This document shows, piece after piece, positions 54,046-63,370 of a DNA stretch of 64,000 nucleotides. This stretch comes from an uncultured Candidatus Peribacteria bacterium (GTDB lineage: Bacteria; Patescibacteriota; Gracilibacteria; Peribacterales; Peribacteraceae). The position numbers and the translations under genes were made by a program. Under the pieces are notes generated by a model, which was given only the letters and a program-made list of their open reading frames with translations, did no database searches and was not told the origin of the DNA. The stretch covers positions 98,243 through 162,242 of the forward strand of contig CAZKPW010000003.1 of NCBI GenBank assembly GCA_964554785.1, given 5' to 3'. How positions within the stretch are numbered: the stretch's first letter is position 1; the number at the start of each line of letters is the position of its first letter.

Positions 54046-54783
54046 TCATGGTTCGACTCCGCTCACCATGACACGGCGAATGACATCGGCAATTTCTTGT
54101 GCTTTTTCCTTATGTACTCCATGACGAATGCCCGGATATTCGTGGAAGGAGTTTTCGGGAATTTTCTTTGCCATTAATCTACCGTCTGCAATGGGAGTCA
54201 TGCCGTCTTCGGTGCCCCAAAAAATATCGGTGGGGACTTGAATGCAGGGGAGGAGCGGACGCAGATCTTCTTCGGTTACATTAATAAGAGTGTCACGCAT
54301 AATAGGCGATGCTTTTTCGTAATCGTGCACGCGGACCAGTTTGTAGAGCATTTTCTTCCCGAGCGGTTGCAATGTGCGCATACCGGGGATGGAGAGGAAG
54401 AACTTTCCTGTTTTTGCGAGTGTGAGGCCGGCTAGTCGTTTCATGTGCCGGGGTCTGCGGATTCCTGCGGATGCGCACAGGAATAGATGGCTGACCGGAA
54501 GACTGTTTCCTGCCGTCAGTTTAATGGCTATGCGGCCGCCATGTGAGTGACCGAGCAACAAGAGCGGCTCTGTCGTAAGGACAGACGGATGATTTTTTTG
54601 TAACCATTCCAGCACCCAGTTTGCATAATCATCATTCGTAAAGGGGTGCGAGGGTTCGGGTTCATCGCCAAAGCCGGGAAGATCCGGAGTGAGAATATCT
54701 ATGTCCGTTCCCTTCAACGCCTCGCGCAGAGGATTGAACGATTCTTTCGAGCCACCCCAACCATGGAGACAGAGAAGTGCCAT
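54046..54783 (-). CDS. Alpha/beta-fold hydrolase
   Basis: MALLCLHGWGGSKESF.., nucleophile elbow GHSHGG, ..H near the C-terminus. Confidence 0.85.
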   Translation of the reverse strand: MALLCLHGWGGSKESFNPLREALKGTDIDILTPDLPGFGDEPEPSHPFTNDDYANWVLEWLQKNHPSVLTTEPLLLLGHSHGGRIAIKLTAGNSLPVSHLFLCASAGIRRPRHMKRLAGLTLAKTGKFFLSIPGMRTLQPLGKKMLYKLVRVHDYEKASPIMRDTLINVTEEDLRPLLPCIQVPTDIFWGTEDGMTPIADGRLMAKKIPENSFHEYPGIRHGVHKEKAQEIADVIRRVMVSGVEP

Positions 54784-54815
54784 GGGATGAGCTTATAGGG
54801 TTTAGCTTTTGGCTT

Positions 54816-56195
54816 CTAGTTTTTAGCTTTTAGAATCTGCCATTTTGTCATTTCTGCGCCTTCTTCCGTGAGCGCATCGTATATACGTCCATTTTCCGTG
54901 ATGCTTGATTTTGCAGATTCCACGTCGGTATCAATAATCCAATAGTCCGGCATTTCCTTATCTCGGGCGGCTTTATCCAAATACCGGATGGTGCTGATGG
55001 GTGCGACGGGAGGTCCATAAAACCAGAGAAGGAGTTCTGTGCGAAAATCGGTGTGACTGCCGACCGTGGTATCTTCCCAATTCGCTCCATCAATAAGTGT
55101 CACGATGGCATCGCTGTAATCATGCGGATGTTTGATGAGTTCTTGTTGTGCCAAGGTATTCGATGCCAGATAGGCGCTCACTACCAAAAGCCCGAGCGAC
55201 GATGCGACGATATTTTTTTGTTTGATGGCAGTTGCCAGCACTGTGCCAAGCAGGAGTAATGCAAAGAAGAGCGATGTAAGAATGTAGCGCGGATAGAGAA
55301 TGGTCGGGTGAAAGAAGAGCATCCAGAGAATGGGGCTTCCCAAGAAAAGAGTGACTGCGGCGAGCCCTTTGGGAGTATTTTTTCGTATGAGGATTTCCGT
55401 CTGCCAGACAAGGAAGATCATCAATGCGAGCCCTGTCATGATTGGAATGATGCCCGTCAAAGGCGTACCAAACAGTCCGCTTACGCCACCGAGTGCGAAT
55501 TGGAGTGGCGTTGCTGCCGGTCCGCCTCCAATGATCAATTTCGAGAAATCGACGATTCCCAAAAACGTAAGTAGAAAAAGGACGGGGAGATGTGCGGCAA
55601 ACAGCAGCCACTTGTCTTTTTCCTTTTTCCAAAGTGTGCAGACAGACCAGACAAAAAGCGCGAGATACAAATGGATGTACATTAACTGCCACAAGAAGCT
55701 GATGACTGCGAGAAGGGCAAAGCCGAATGCGTAGGCGATTGTCTTTTTTTCAATAAGTTTTTGCATCATGAGAAAAGACAGAAATCCGCAGAAGAGCATG
55801 GGCATGTAGCCTCTGGTTTGTGTGCTTTGGAGCGTGAGGATAGGGGAGACGGCAGTGAGTAAGCCGAGCAGAAATCCTGTCAGCGGATGTTTTTTCCAGC
55901 CGGTCACTATGACGCTCACAATAAGAAGAATACCGGCAAAAAATGATGGAATTCTATAGACCCAAAAAGCCTGCGTCGTTCCCAAGGTATAGAGCCAGAG
56001 CGTGTTCAGATAATGATTGTTGTCGGAGTGCAGCGTGAAGACATCGAATGGGGACTGCATGGTGGAAGCTAAACGCAGGGACCATATTTCATCGATGCTG
56101 AGGTCGGTGTTCAGAAGGCGCAGCCTGACAAAAAAACCGATCGCAAGAACAATCAGAGCACCTATGAAGGCAGGGATGTGTTTTGCAATCTTCAT
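54816..56195 (-). CDS. Polytopic glycosyltransferase, GT39/ArnT-like (tentative)
   Basis: About 11 TM helices, an early DEIWS loop motif, and a C-terminal soluble domain. The Met at 56195 is preferred. Confidence 0.65.
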   Translation of the reverse strand: MKIAKHIPAFIGALIVLAIGFFVRLRLLNTDLSIDEIWSLRLASTMQSPFDVFTLHSDNNHYLNTLWLYTLGTTQAFWVYRIPSFFAGILLIVSVIVTGWKKHPLTGFLLGLLTAVSPILTLQSTQTRGYMPMLFCGFLSFLMMQKLIEKKTIAYAFGFALLAVISFLWQLMYIHLYLALFVWSVCTLWKKEKDKWLLFAAHLPVLFLLTFLGIVDFSKLIIGGGPAATPLQFALGGVSGLFGTPLTGIIPIMTGLALMIFLVWQTEILIRKNTPKGLAAVTLFLGSPILWMLFFHPTILYPRYILTSLFFALLLLGTVLATAIKQKNIVASSLGLLVVSAYLASNTLAQQELIKHPHDYSDAIVTLIDGANWEDTTVGSHTDFRTELLLWFYGPPVAPISTIRYLDKAARDKEMPDYWIIDTDVESAKSSITENGRIYDALTEEGAEMTKWQILKAKN

Positions 56196-56324
56196 GGAGG
56201 GGAGAATAGCAGAGGTGTGTCTATCCTTGGTATGATGATCGGGTGACCCAATGAAAATGTAAAAAAGGTGAGATGCACGGATGCCTCTCACCATTGCCTA
56301 ACCAAGACTAGTTAGGCGTGTCTG

Positions 56325-56570
56325 TTACCAGAAATGCCCGCCGATGATTCTATCCAGTGGATATCCGGGGTACCGTCCTCGGTTTCCAAGACACCAGATA
56401 CACCACCCTGTCATTGACGTAATGATTCCGAGTACAGGGGTACATATTTGCAGATACCAAGGAATCTTCAGTACTTCCTCTATCCACAGCATCCACTTTT
56501 CGGTGTACAGGGAGCTGAGTAGTAGGATCATCCATCCACCGAACAAAATCCAGAATCCAATTACTTCCAT
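56325..56570 (-). CDS. Small membrane protein
   Basis: 81 aa, two or three hydrophobic helices, Trp/Cys-rich. Confidence 0.4.
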   Translation of the reverse strand: MEVIGFWILFGGWMILLLSSLYTEKWMLWIEEVLKIPWYLQICTPVLGIITSMTGWCIWCLGNRGRYPGYPLDRIIGGHFW

Positions 56571-56877
56571 CGAGTTTCTCCTTCTTGGGCCATGTGTTTT
56601 GAATAAACAGACACCGACATTATTGTCAGAATATTATTCTAAACAACGGTTTAAGTGTCTTGTAAATTTTTTTGCTATTATATAAAATGACTGTTTACAC
56701 GCTAATGAAGTAGCGGAGGGTCTTTTATGATCACATCCGGCAGCGCAACTGAGCTTTGTAATGGTAACAAGGGATTCACAGGTTGTTATCTTCTGAAAGT
56801 GAGAAGGGAATTGCCATCATGGATGTCAAATAAATGTACACAGGAAGCAATAAAGATAGAATAGAGGTACTTACGTT

Positions 56878-57702
56878 ATGACTGATGTAGCACACCCCTT
56901 CACCTTTTCTGAAAGTCAGTTCAATGAGCTGTCTGGGGATCAGGTGTACGCAATAAAAAAATTGATTTATACGAAATCATTTCAAGAATTGGTATCAAAG
57001 AACCGAAGGGCTAACAATCTCCCCATAGAGCCTCCTACTGCATTTACGCCCCCTACTGCGGACGAAATTGAAGTGTCCGATCCTCAGATGTTCCGGCAGA
57101 TATCGGACATTCTTGGAAAATTGAAATGCTCCAGAAGGAAATTTCTTCCCTTCGCTTATATCTATACAAAATTCAACAAAATCATACCTCCTGCATATTT
57201 TCCACGTCCTTCAATGGATGAACTGAAACATGCTCATAGGGCAATCTCTGGGAAGCTGCAATTCCTGTCCAATGGTGACATTGGAAATTTGGATAAGAAA
57301 ATTCTGCTATCGGGTGTCGAAATTATGGGTGACCCCCTGTATGCGAACGATCAGGTGGCGGTCAGAGGGGGTAAGAGCCACGTTGCCTTACTACTTACAC
57401 CGCAGGCGACTCTGAAGAACATTGAGGATGTTTTTTCTGTTGTGAACGCATATCAACAAGTCATTCGCGGAAAACGGAAAAAGCGGGGCGAAAAAGATTT
57501 GGATAGGTTTTATGCAGTCTCGTGTCTTCAGCGAATGGGCGTGTCCTCTTTGAAACAGATTCGTCAAAAGCTCTTTGATAAATGGGAAGAGGAGAATCCT
57601 ACTGCAACTCAGGAGGAGGGGGACAGAGTTTTTGAGGCTGAATTTAGTGAAAATAACATCAATAACTGGATGAGGGGGGCAAAGAAGTTGGGCTTCATGT
57701 AA
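56878..57702 (+). CDS. Hypothetical protein (island)
   Basis: 274-aa ORF with a basic patch GKRKKRGEKD. No family recognised. Confidence 0.55.
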   Translation: MTDVAHPFTFSESQFNELSGDQVYAIKKLIYTKSFQELVSKNRRANNLPIEPPTAFTPPTADEIEVSDPQMFRQISDILGKLKCSRRKFLPFAYIYTKFNKIIPPAYFPRPSMDELKHAHRAISGKLQFLSNGDIGNLDKKILLSGVEIMGDPLYANDQVAVRGGKSHVALLLTPQATLKNIEDVFSVVNAYQQVIRGKRKKRGEKDLDRFYAVSCLQRMGVSSLKQIRQKLFDKWEEENPTATQEEGDRVFEAEFSENNINNWMRGAKKLGFM

Positions 57703-57740
57703 ACATAGACACCCCACTACATTTACCGCCATTTTTTGAG

Positions 57741-58013
57741 TTGCTCTGGAACTATCGTGACATGTCACGCGAAGAAGTCACGACACCCGTCACTAGGCGC
57801 ACTCCGAAAACGAAGACCATAGAGTCGGATAATCAAGTGCGTTGGAACTTCAAATACGCAGAGCAGTCGGAATCTACCGATAAAATACTGAGGGATGTTG
57901 CACAAGTGATCTACCGCTTCGGCGCAAGACACAGTTTTTTTGATGCTGAGAGCAAATCAGAGAAAGCATCTATTCCTCAACCATTTTTATCTACTCCCCC
58001 AATAAATCTATGA
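57741..58013 (+). CDS. Hypothetical protein (island)
   Basis: 90-aa ORF. Its stop overlaps the next start (ATGA). Confidence 0.4.
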   Translation: MLWNYRDMSREEVTTPVTRRTPKTKTIESDNQVRWNFKYAEQSESTDKILRDVAQVIYRFGARHSFFDAESKSEKASIPQPFLSTPPINL

Positions 58014-58324
58014 AAAGGCGGAAGAAATTCATGTTGGTCAAAGCTCTGAATTATGAAAATTTAGTCGTAAAAATTTATCAGTCACTGGATACCTTTGAAA
58101 CACAGGTGGGCTTTGAAACAGGGAGAAAAGAAATCTATCGGGTAAAAGTATCTGAGGAGGACGCAATAGGATTAGCGCAACTGTATTTGAAGGGGAGGAA
58201 TCATGGCTCATTCACTGGTCGAGGTCAGATGCTTCAGGAGCTGGAGCCGTCACTCAATGGAAATACATCCAATACGATGATTTTGCCGGAGCAATTTCAA
58301 CTGCCTTCCCCCCACACGAAATGA
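58010..58324 (+). CDS. Hypothetical protein (island)
   Basis: 104-aa ORF, translationally coupled on both sides (ATGA overlaps). Confidence 0.45.
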   Translation: MKRRKKFMLVKALNYENLVVKIYQSLDTFETQVGFETGRKEIYRVKVSEEDAIGLAQLYLKGRNHGSFTGRGQMLQELEPSLNGNTSNTMILPEQFQLPSPHTK

Positions 58325-58581
58325 AAATAAGTGAAATCCAGATCGTGCCTGTGAAGCCCCAAGATGGACTTATTGGATTCGCCTCATGTGTTCTGGATAA
58401 CTGCTACTTCATCGGTTCAATCGCAATTTATACACGCCTTGATGGAGGGCATCGCCTGGTCTATCCGAGCAAGAAGCTCGGAGAACGCAATATGCACTTC
58501 CATCATCCGATAAACCACGAGGCCAACAAAGCTATCGAGGATGCCGTACTCGAGCGCGTCCGTTCTATTTTCTCTACATAA
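58321..58581 (+). CDS. SpoVG-family nucleic-acid-binding protein
   Basis: MKISEIQIVPVKPQDGLIGFASCVLDNCYFIGSIAIYTRLDGGHRLVYPSKK..HFHHPINHEANKAIEDAVL parallels SpoVG (..MKAIASITLD..FVVHDIRVI..FVAMPSKR..DIAHPIN..). Confidence 0.75.
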   Translation: MKISEIQIVPVKPQDGLIGFASCVLDNCYFIGSIAIYTRLDGGHRLVYPSKKLGERNMHFHHPINHEANKAIEDAVLERVRSIFST

Positions 58582-58587
58582 ATTCTC

Positions 58588-59382
58588 TTGAATATGGAAA
58601 AAAGTGATGACCCATTCGTTCGGCTCCCGACCCCATTCCATGAGGCTCTGTGCAGGACTCGCATTGCTGGCGAACCGCGCATGATCCTTGATGCGATCAT
58701 TCGGAAGACTATTGGCTGGCAGAAAAAAGAGGACTGGATATCACTCTCACAATTTATGGAAATGACGGGCCTGCAAAAGAACGCAATTTGCCGTGCAATC
58801 GCACATCTTGAGCGCATGAAGATCATTCACAAAAAAGAGAACGGCAAGAAGTCTTTTTATTCAGTAGAACTCAAAACAGCATGTTGGATTCCATTACCAA
58901 AAAAGAGCACTGTTCCCCAAAAAGAGAAACATCATTCTCATAAAGGTGAATCATCATTCTCAAAAAAGGGACATACAAGAGATACAGATTCAAAAGAAAC
59001 TTCTTCAAAAGAAAATGTACTTGCTGTCGCAAGTACGTCTGTGCCGGAGCCTGAATTTATACATCCTTTGGAAATTGAATACAGGACGTTTCTGAAAGGG
59101 ATGCCGCTGATTTTGGGCCGCGAAAAAATGTTCACAAAAAAGGGATTCAAAAAATATGAGGCGCGACGCAAAAAATTTGATCTCGAGCGTCTGTGTCGAG
59201 CGTTTGAAAATCTACTCAGTGAACCTGGCCACTGGAAAATTACGCATAACGCTCACCGTCCTATGGAGTGGTGGCTCAAGTCTGATGAATACCTTGAGGA
59301 GCTTGAAAATTGCCATCTGAAAGGCAAGAACCCTGCGCCTGTCCAAGTTGGTTCCTTACATTCTACCCATGCCGCGATATGA
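58588..59382 (+). CDS. Replication initiator, phage lambda O N-terminal-domain-like
   Basis: FVRLPTPFHEALCRTRIAGEPRMILDAIIRKTIGWQKKEDWISLSQFMEMTGLQKNAICRAIAHLERMKII matches the Phage_rep_O wHTH pattern. Confidence 0.7.
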   Translation: MNMEKSDDPFVRLPTPFHEALCRTRIAGEPRMILDAIIRKTIGWQKKEDWISLSQFMEMTGLQKNAICRAIAHLERMKIIHKKENGKKSFYSVELKTACWIPLPKKSTVPQKEKHHSHKGESSFSKKGHTRDTDSKETSSKENVLAVASTSVPEPEFIHPLEIEYRTFLKGMPLILGREKMFTKKGFKKYEARRKKFDLERLCRAFENLLSEPGHWKITHNAHRPMEWWLKSDEYLEELENCHLKGKNPAPVQVGSLHSTHAAI

Positions 59383-60014
59383 AAGAGCCTGAACAAATTG
59401 GCAATGAATTGCACGTACTGACCTTGTTTGGTGATCGGTTTTTGGTCATCACGCGGGAACAGGTGACGCAGATAATGAAATTCCAGGATGAGGGGGTGAA
59501 GAAGTCTGTCAGTGTTGGCTTTGATGTCATTATGCTCAATCAAATATCGGGTATGCCTACATTGAAGACATATCGTGAGCAGATGAAAACGGCACTGGCG
59601 ATGAGGAGCCAACGTATGTGCAGGCGTTGCGGAGCCATTCTTGCTATGCAGGATCGATGCGCGTGCCAAGATAGCTCTCTGAATCCAGAGGAAAAGCCCA
59701 CACCGTATCTGGAGCGCTCGGCACAATCGAACCCCGCAGTCCGTAAGTATCTTGATACAGTTGGCTATAATCCTCTCCAGATAGCCGCCCCTTTGCCAGA
59801 GTTGCCGGATGACCCCGTGAAGGCGAAGGCATATCAACTTGCGAAGGCTCACATCATGCAAGGTACGCCGCGACCGGAGCTAAAGCCTGACCCGAACTGT
59901 ATAGAATGTAAGGGCGAAGGGAAGTACCCTCTCCAAGGCGTAATCGTGACATGCAACTGCATCGTAAATCTACGATTAGCAGAACGTGCAGCGAAGGTAC
60001 GCCGCGCACCATGA
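59379..60014 (+). CDS. Zn-ribbon protein (two CxxC..CxC knuckles), possible replication accessory
   Basis: ATGA coupling to the initiator gene. CRRCGAILAMQDRCAC and CIECKGEGKYPLQGVIVTCNC. Confidence 0.5.
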   Translation: MKEPEQIGNELHVLTLFGDRFLVITREQVTQIMKFQDEGVKKSVSVGFDVIMLNQISGMPTLKTYREQMKTALAMRSQRMCRRCGAILAMQDRCACQDSSLNPEEKPTPYLERSAQSNPAVRKYLDTVGYNPLQIAAPLPELPDDPVKAKAYQLAKAHIMQGTPRPELKPDPNCIECKGEGKYPLQGVIVTCNCIVNLRLAERAAKVRRAP

Positions 60015-60344
60015 ATAGGGAGTGGAAGATAAAGCGCAACGGTATATCGTCGGGGGATGGTAGTCAGATCATCTTGCGGCTCAAGTTTTCTCCCAGAACA
60101 GACGATCGTTGCTGGAACACATGTAATACTGGATGTAAGAGAAGGAATACTTCATATCGTGGGAAAGGCTGCAATGAATGTCATCTGCGTCAAATATAAA
60201 ATTTACGATCAGGACATCTCACTCGAATTTTTTGCTTATCTCACCAAATACCGCGATAGATTCGCTTCAGTACGTATCAACTGACGAAATGGTGTAGAGC
60301 ATACTTCACCTCTGCCGTACACTTGCCATGATTCCCCACCTCAC

Positions 60345-63248
60345 GTGTCGTACTTCGCAGATCACTACAAGGACATCGCATATCCAATCGGCACTAAAGA
60401 ACAGTCAGGACTGCATAACGCCCAGCTTGGCGCGATCCATGCGCTAATGTCTCATTTCACGTTGAACAAGGAACCAGCGATCATCACGCTCCCCACTGGG
60501 TCAGGGAAGACAGCGGTACTGATGATGTACTGCTACCTCGCACGTGCTCAGCGCGTCCTCATCCTGACTCCAGGAAAAATGGTCAGAGATCAGATTCGGG
60601 AGGATTTTGAGCAGCTTGCAACCCTGAAGGACATCGGTGTACTCGGTGAAGCGATACAGCCCCCGAGTATTGTTGAGGTAAAATCAAAAATCGACTCCAA
60701 GGAAAAATGGGAGGAGCTGAAAAAATTTGAAGTCGTAATCAGTACGCCAAACTGTGTGAGTCCAGAGTATGACGATATTCCAACACCCCCTCGTGATCTT
60801 TTTGATTTGGTGCTGGTGGATGAGGCGCACCATAGTCCCGCGAAGACATGGAATAAGATTCTCAGATGCTTCCCAAAGGCAAAGCGTGTTCTTTTCACGG
60901 CAACTCCGTTCAGGCGTGACCGCCGAGAGATTATCGGAAAATTCGTCTACACATATCCAGTCGCGCAGTCGTTCAAAGACGGTATCTTCGGCAAGATTCG
61001 CTTCATTCCGGTCAATGAGGATAATGAGCAGATCGACAATGACGTTGCTATCGCCAAGAAAGCGGAGGAAGTGCTGAATAAGGATCGTGCAAAGGGTTTG
61101 GATCACCTGCTGATTATCCGCACACTGACGCGAAATAAGGCTGATGATCTTGCAAAGCTCTACGCCAAGGAGACAAAGCTGAAACTTGATGTGATTCACT
61201 CCAATCATTCGGGGCGGAAGGTGAAAAAAGTCCTCGAACAGCTGAAGAAAAAGGAACTCGACGGCGTGATTTGTGTGAATATGCTCGGTGAGGGTTTCAA
61301 TCTCCCGCAGCTCAAAGTCGCCGCCATACATACGCCGCACAAGTCCCTTGAAGTGACGCTGCAATTCATCGGTCGATTTGCACGGACAAACGCTAAAAAT
61401 ATCGGGGAAGCAAAATTCCTCGCCGTTCCGAGCGAAATGGAGATCGAAGGAGAAAAACTGTTCCAAGAAGGCGCAGTGTGGCAGGAAGCGATCATTGGCC
61501 TCAGTCACTTCCGGCTAAAGGAGGAGCAGGAGACACGGGAGATGCTGCAACGATTTTCGCAACCCGTCATCTCAGAAGAAGACATAGCTGACATGTCTTT
61601 ATTCTCCCTTCGGCCTCGTCAGCATGTGAAAGTGTTTCATGTTCGTAGCGATGCCGATGTCATGCGGGAGCTGGAATTGAAGCCGCCGCTTGAAATTGTC
61701 TATCTCAACCCCAGCAAAGAAGTCTCTGCGCTCGTGATGGTGACGAGGGAGGTTTTGAAGCCGCGATGGACGAAGCTGGATCAGTTCGTGCGAGTCGAAT
61801 ATGACCTCTTCGTCGTTTATTACGATAAGCAAACAAAGCTGCTTTTTATCAATGCCTCACGGAGCAGTGATTCTGTGTATCGGGAGATTGTCGAACAGAT
61901 CGCGCCTTTTGCCTATCCTTTGGCTTCGAGCGAACTGAAGAAGGCGCTCATCGGCCTCAAACACCCGATCATTTTCAACCTCGGTTTGCGGAACAGGGTT
62001 CAAACACCCAATACTGAATCCTATCGCATAAAGGCAGGGCCACGCACGGACTCTGAACCAAGCGAAAGCCGCATGTTCAGTCTTGGTCACTTGTTCTGCA
62101 CTGCGGAAGAAGATGGGAAAAATGTGAATATCGGCTTCAGCGGTTCCTCGAAAATATGGAGTGCAACATCCTCGCAGATTCCTCGGCTTATCCGATGGTG
62201 TAGGAGTCTGGCGACGAAGATCAAGAGCGACGGCAAGGTGCAGACCAATTCGGGAATTGACTACATCACCACGGGTGAGCGCATCGACACGCTGCCAGAT
62301 GGCATTATCGCGGCAGATTGGGATAAGGACGCATACGATTACATGTTTCCCGTTGAGGCAACGATCAAATTACCTTCAGGACAGACGGAGAAGTGCCATA
62401 TCTCTGAACTTGATGTGAAAGTCGATCAATCAGAATCAGATGAAAGCAGAGTGCGGGTAAGCATCAGCAATGATCGCGTGAGTTACTCGTTCGATTATAC
62501 GCTCGATGGAAAAACCTATTTCCAACCCGTCGGATGTATCGGTAATGAGATCATGCTGAGTAAGGGGGCGGATGAACAGATTCCGTTGCTGGATTATCTC
62601 AATGGGAAACTGCTGCATTTTTATACTTCTGACCTATCACTCGTTCATGGCCATGAAATCCTACGGTTCCCCTCTGACCGCGCTATCTTTGATGACGGTC
62701 AGGTGCAGGCTATCGACTGGAGCGGTACGGACATCAAAAACGAAGTCAATGAAGCATCGTCCAGAGGTATTTCCATTCATCAGCATCTGCGTGAATCACT
62801 TTTAGCGGATTCGTATCCAGTGGTGATTTACGATCATGGGAATGGAGAAATTGCCGACTATGTTGCTCTCAAGAAAACAGATGAAGGTGTCCACGTTGAG
62901 CTGTATCACTGCAAAGGCTCAGGAGCAGAAAGTGCAGGAAGCCGTGTTGATGACATTTATGAAGTATGCGGACAGGCGATAAAATCAGTCGCCTTTGCCA
63001 ATCCGAAGAAATTGGAATCGAAAATGGGACTGCGTGGACGACGCAGCGGGAAATTCCTGCGCGGCACATTGGAAGAGTTCAGAACTCTGCTTGATGGAGG
63101 CCAGCGCGTTACGTTTGAGGTTATTCTGGTTCAGCCAGGCATCTCCAAAACGAAACTGAATGACAAGATGAAAGAAGTGTTTGCGGCAGTCGGTGACTAT
63201 GTTACGCAGGGTGGTTGTCAACGCCTGAAGGTGCTTGCTTCCGTCTGA
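60345..63248 (+). CDS. SF2 (DEAH) helicase fused to a large uncharacterised C-terminal region with a nuclease-like motif
   Basis: 967 aa, GTG start. LPTGSGKT, VLVDEAHH, LFTATPFR, QFIGRFAR in the first ~400 aa. The C-terminal region has IYDHGNGEIADYVAL..VHVELYHCKGSG. Confidence 0.9.
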   Translation: MSYFADHYKDIAYPIGTKEQSGLHNAQLGAIHALMSHFTLNKEPAIITLPTGSGKTAVLMMYCYLARAQRVLILTPGKMVRDQIREDFEQLATLKDIGVLGEAIQPPSIVEVKSKIDSKEKWEELKKFEVVISTPNCVSPEYDDIPTPPRDLFDLVLVDEAHHSPAKTWNKILRCFPKAKRVLFTATPFRRDRREIIGKFVYTYPVAQSFKDGIFGKIRFIPVNEDNEQIDNDVAIAKKAEEVLNKDRAKGLDHLLIIRTLTRNKADDLAKLYAKETKLKLDVIHSNHSGRKVKKVLEQLKKKELDGVICVNMLGEGFNLPQLKVAAIHTPHKSLEVTLQFIGRFARTNAKNIGEAKFLAVPSEMEIEGEKLFQEGAVWQEAIIGLSHFRLKEEQETREMLQRFSQPVISEEDIADMSLFSLRPRQHVKVFHVRSDADVMRELELKPPLEIVYLNPSKEVSALVMVTREVLKPRWTKLDQFVRVEYDLFVVYYDKQTKLLFINASRSSDSVYREIVEQIAPFAYPLASSELKKALIGLKHPIIFNLGLRNRVQTPNTESYRIKAGPRTDSEPSESRMFSLGHLFCTAEEDGKNVNIGFSGSSKIWSATSSQIPRLIRWCRSLATKIKSDGKVQTNSGIDYITTGERIDTLPDGIIAADWDKDAYDYMFPVEATIKLPSGQTEKCHISELDVKVDQSESDESRVRVSISNDRVSYSFDYTLDGKTYFQPVGCIGNEIMLSKGADEQIPLLDYLNGKLLHFYTSDLSLVHGHEILRFPSDRAIFDDGQVQAIDWSGTDIKNEVNEASSRGISIHQHLRESLLADSYPVVIYDHGNGEIADYVALKKTDEGVHVELYHCKGSGAESAGSRVDDIYEVCGQAIKSVAFANPKKLESKMGLRGRRSGKFLRGTLEEFRTLLDGGQRVTFEVILVQPGISKTKLNDKMKEVFAAVGDYVTQGGCQRLKVLASV

Positions 63249-63370
63249 ACATCCCCCTACCCTCCAATTCCTCTGTGTGGCCGCCAACTGCCCTATAACG
63301 GTTTTTCGGAGGATTAGGCTCCCTTACTCCTCCCGCGGATTATCAAGCGCTATAAACGATTTCTTGAAGC

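Larger units (their letters stand above)
56571..63370 (+). mobile_element. Putative integrase-less replication-module island (phage or plasmid remnant); boundaries not defined
   Basis: Seven co-directional, mostly overlapping ORFs, including a lambda O-like initiator, a SpoVG-like protein, a Zn-ribbon protein and a helicase fusion. It is flanked by minus-strand housekeeping membrane genes. No att repeats or integrase found. Confidence 0.45.

Noticed and set aside
53905-54177. 90-aa plus-strand ORF
   Set aside because: It passes straight through the 54016-54040 terminator hairpin and overlaps the alpha/beta hydrolase gene. The 33-codon ORF in another frame fits the promoter/terminator better.
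56727-56864. 45-codon ORF with GGAGG 7 nt upstream at the left edge of the island
   Set aside because: It is short with unremarkable composition and no homology clue. It may be a leader peptide or nothing.
60011-60284. Two alternative small ORFs (60011-60199, ATGA-coupled, Cys/Arg-rich; 60057-60284, more protein-like) upstream of the helicase
   Set aside because: They are mutually exclusive overlapping frames with no recognisable motif. I cannot decide between them from sequence alone, so neither is reported as a feature.
60684-61508. 274-aa minus-strand ORF inside the helicase gene
   Set aside because: It is antisense to the region containing helicase motifs II-VI.
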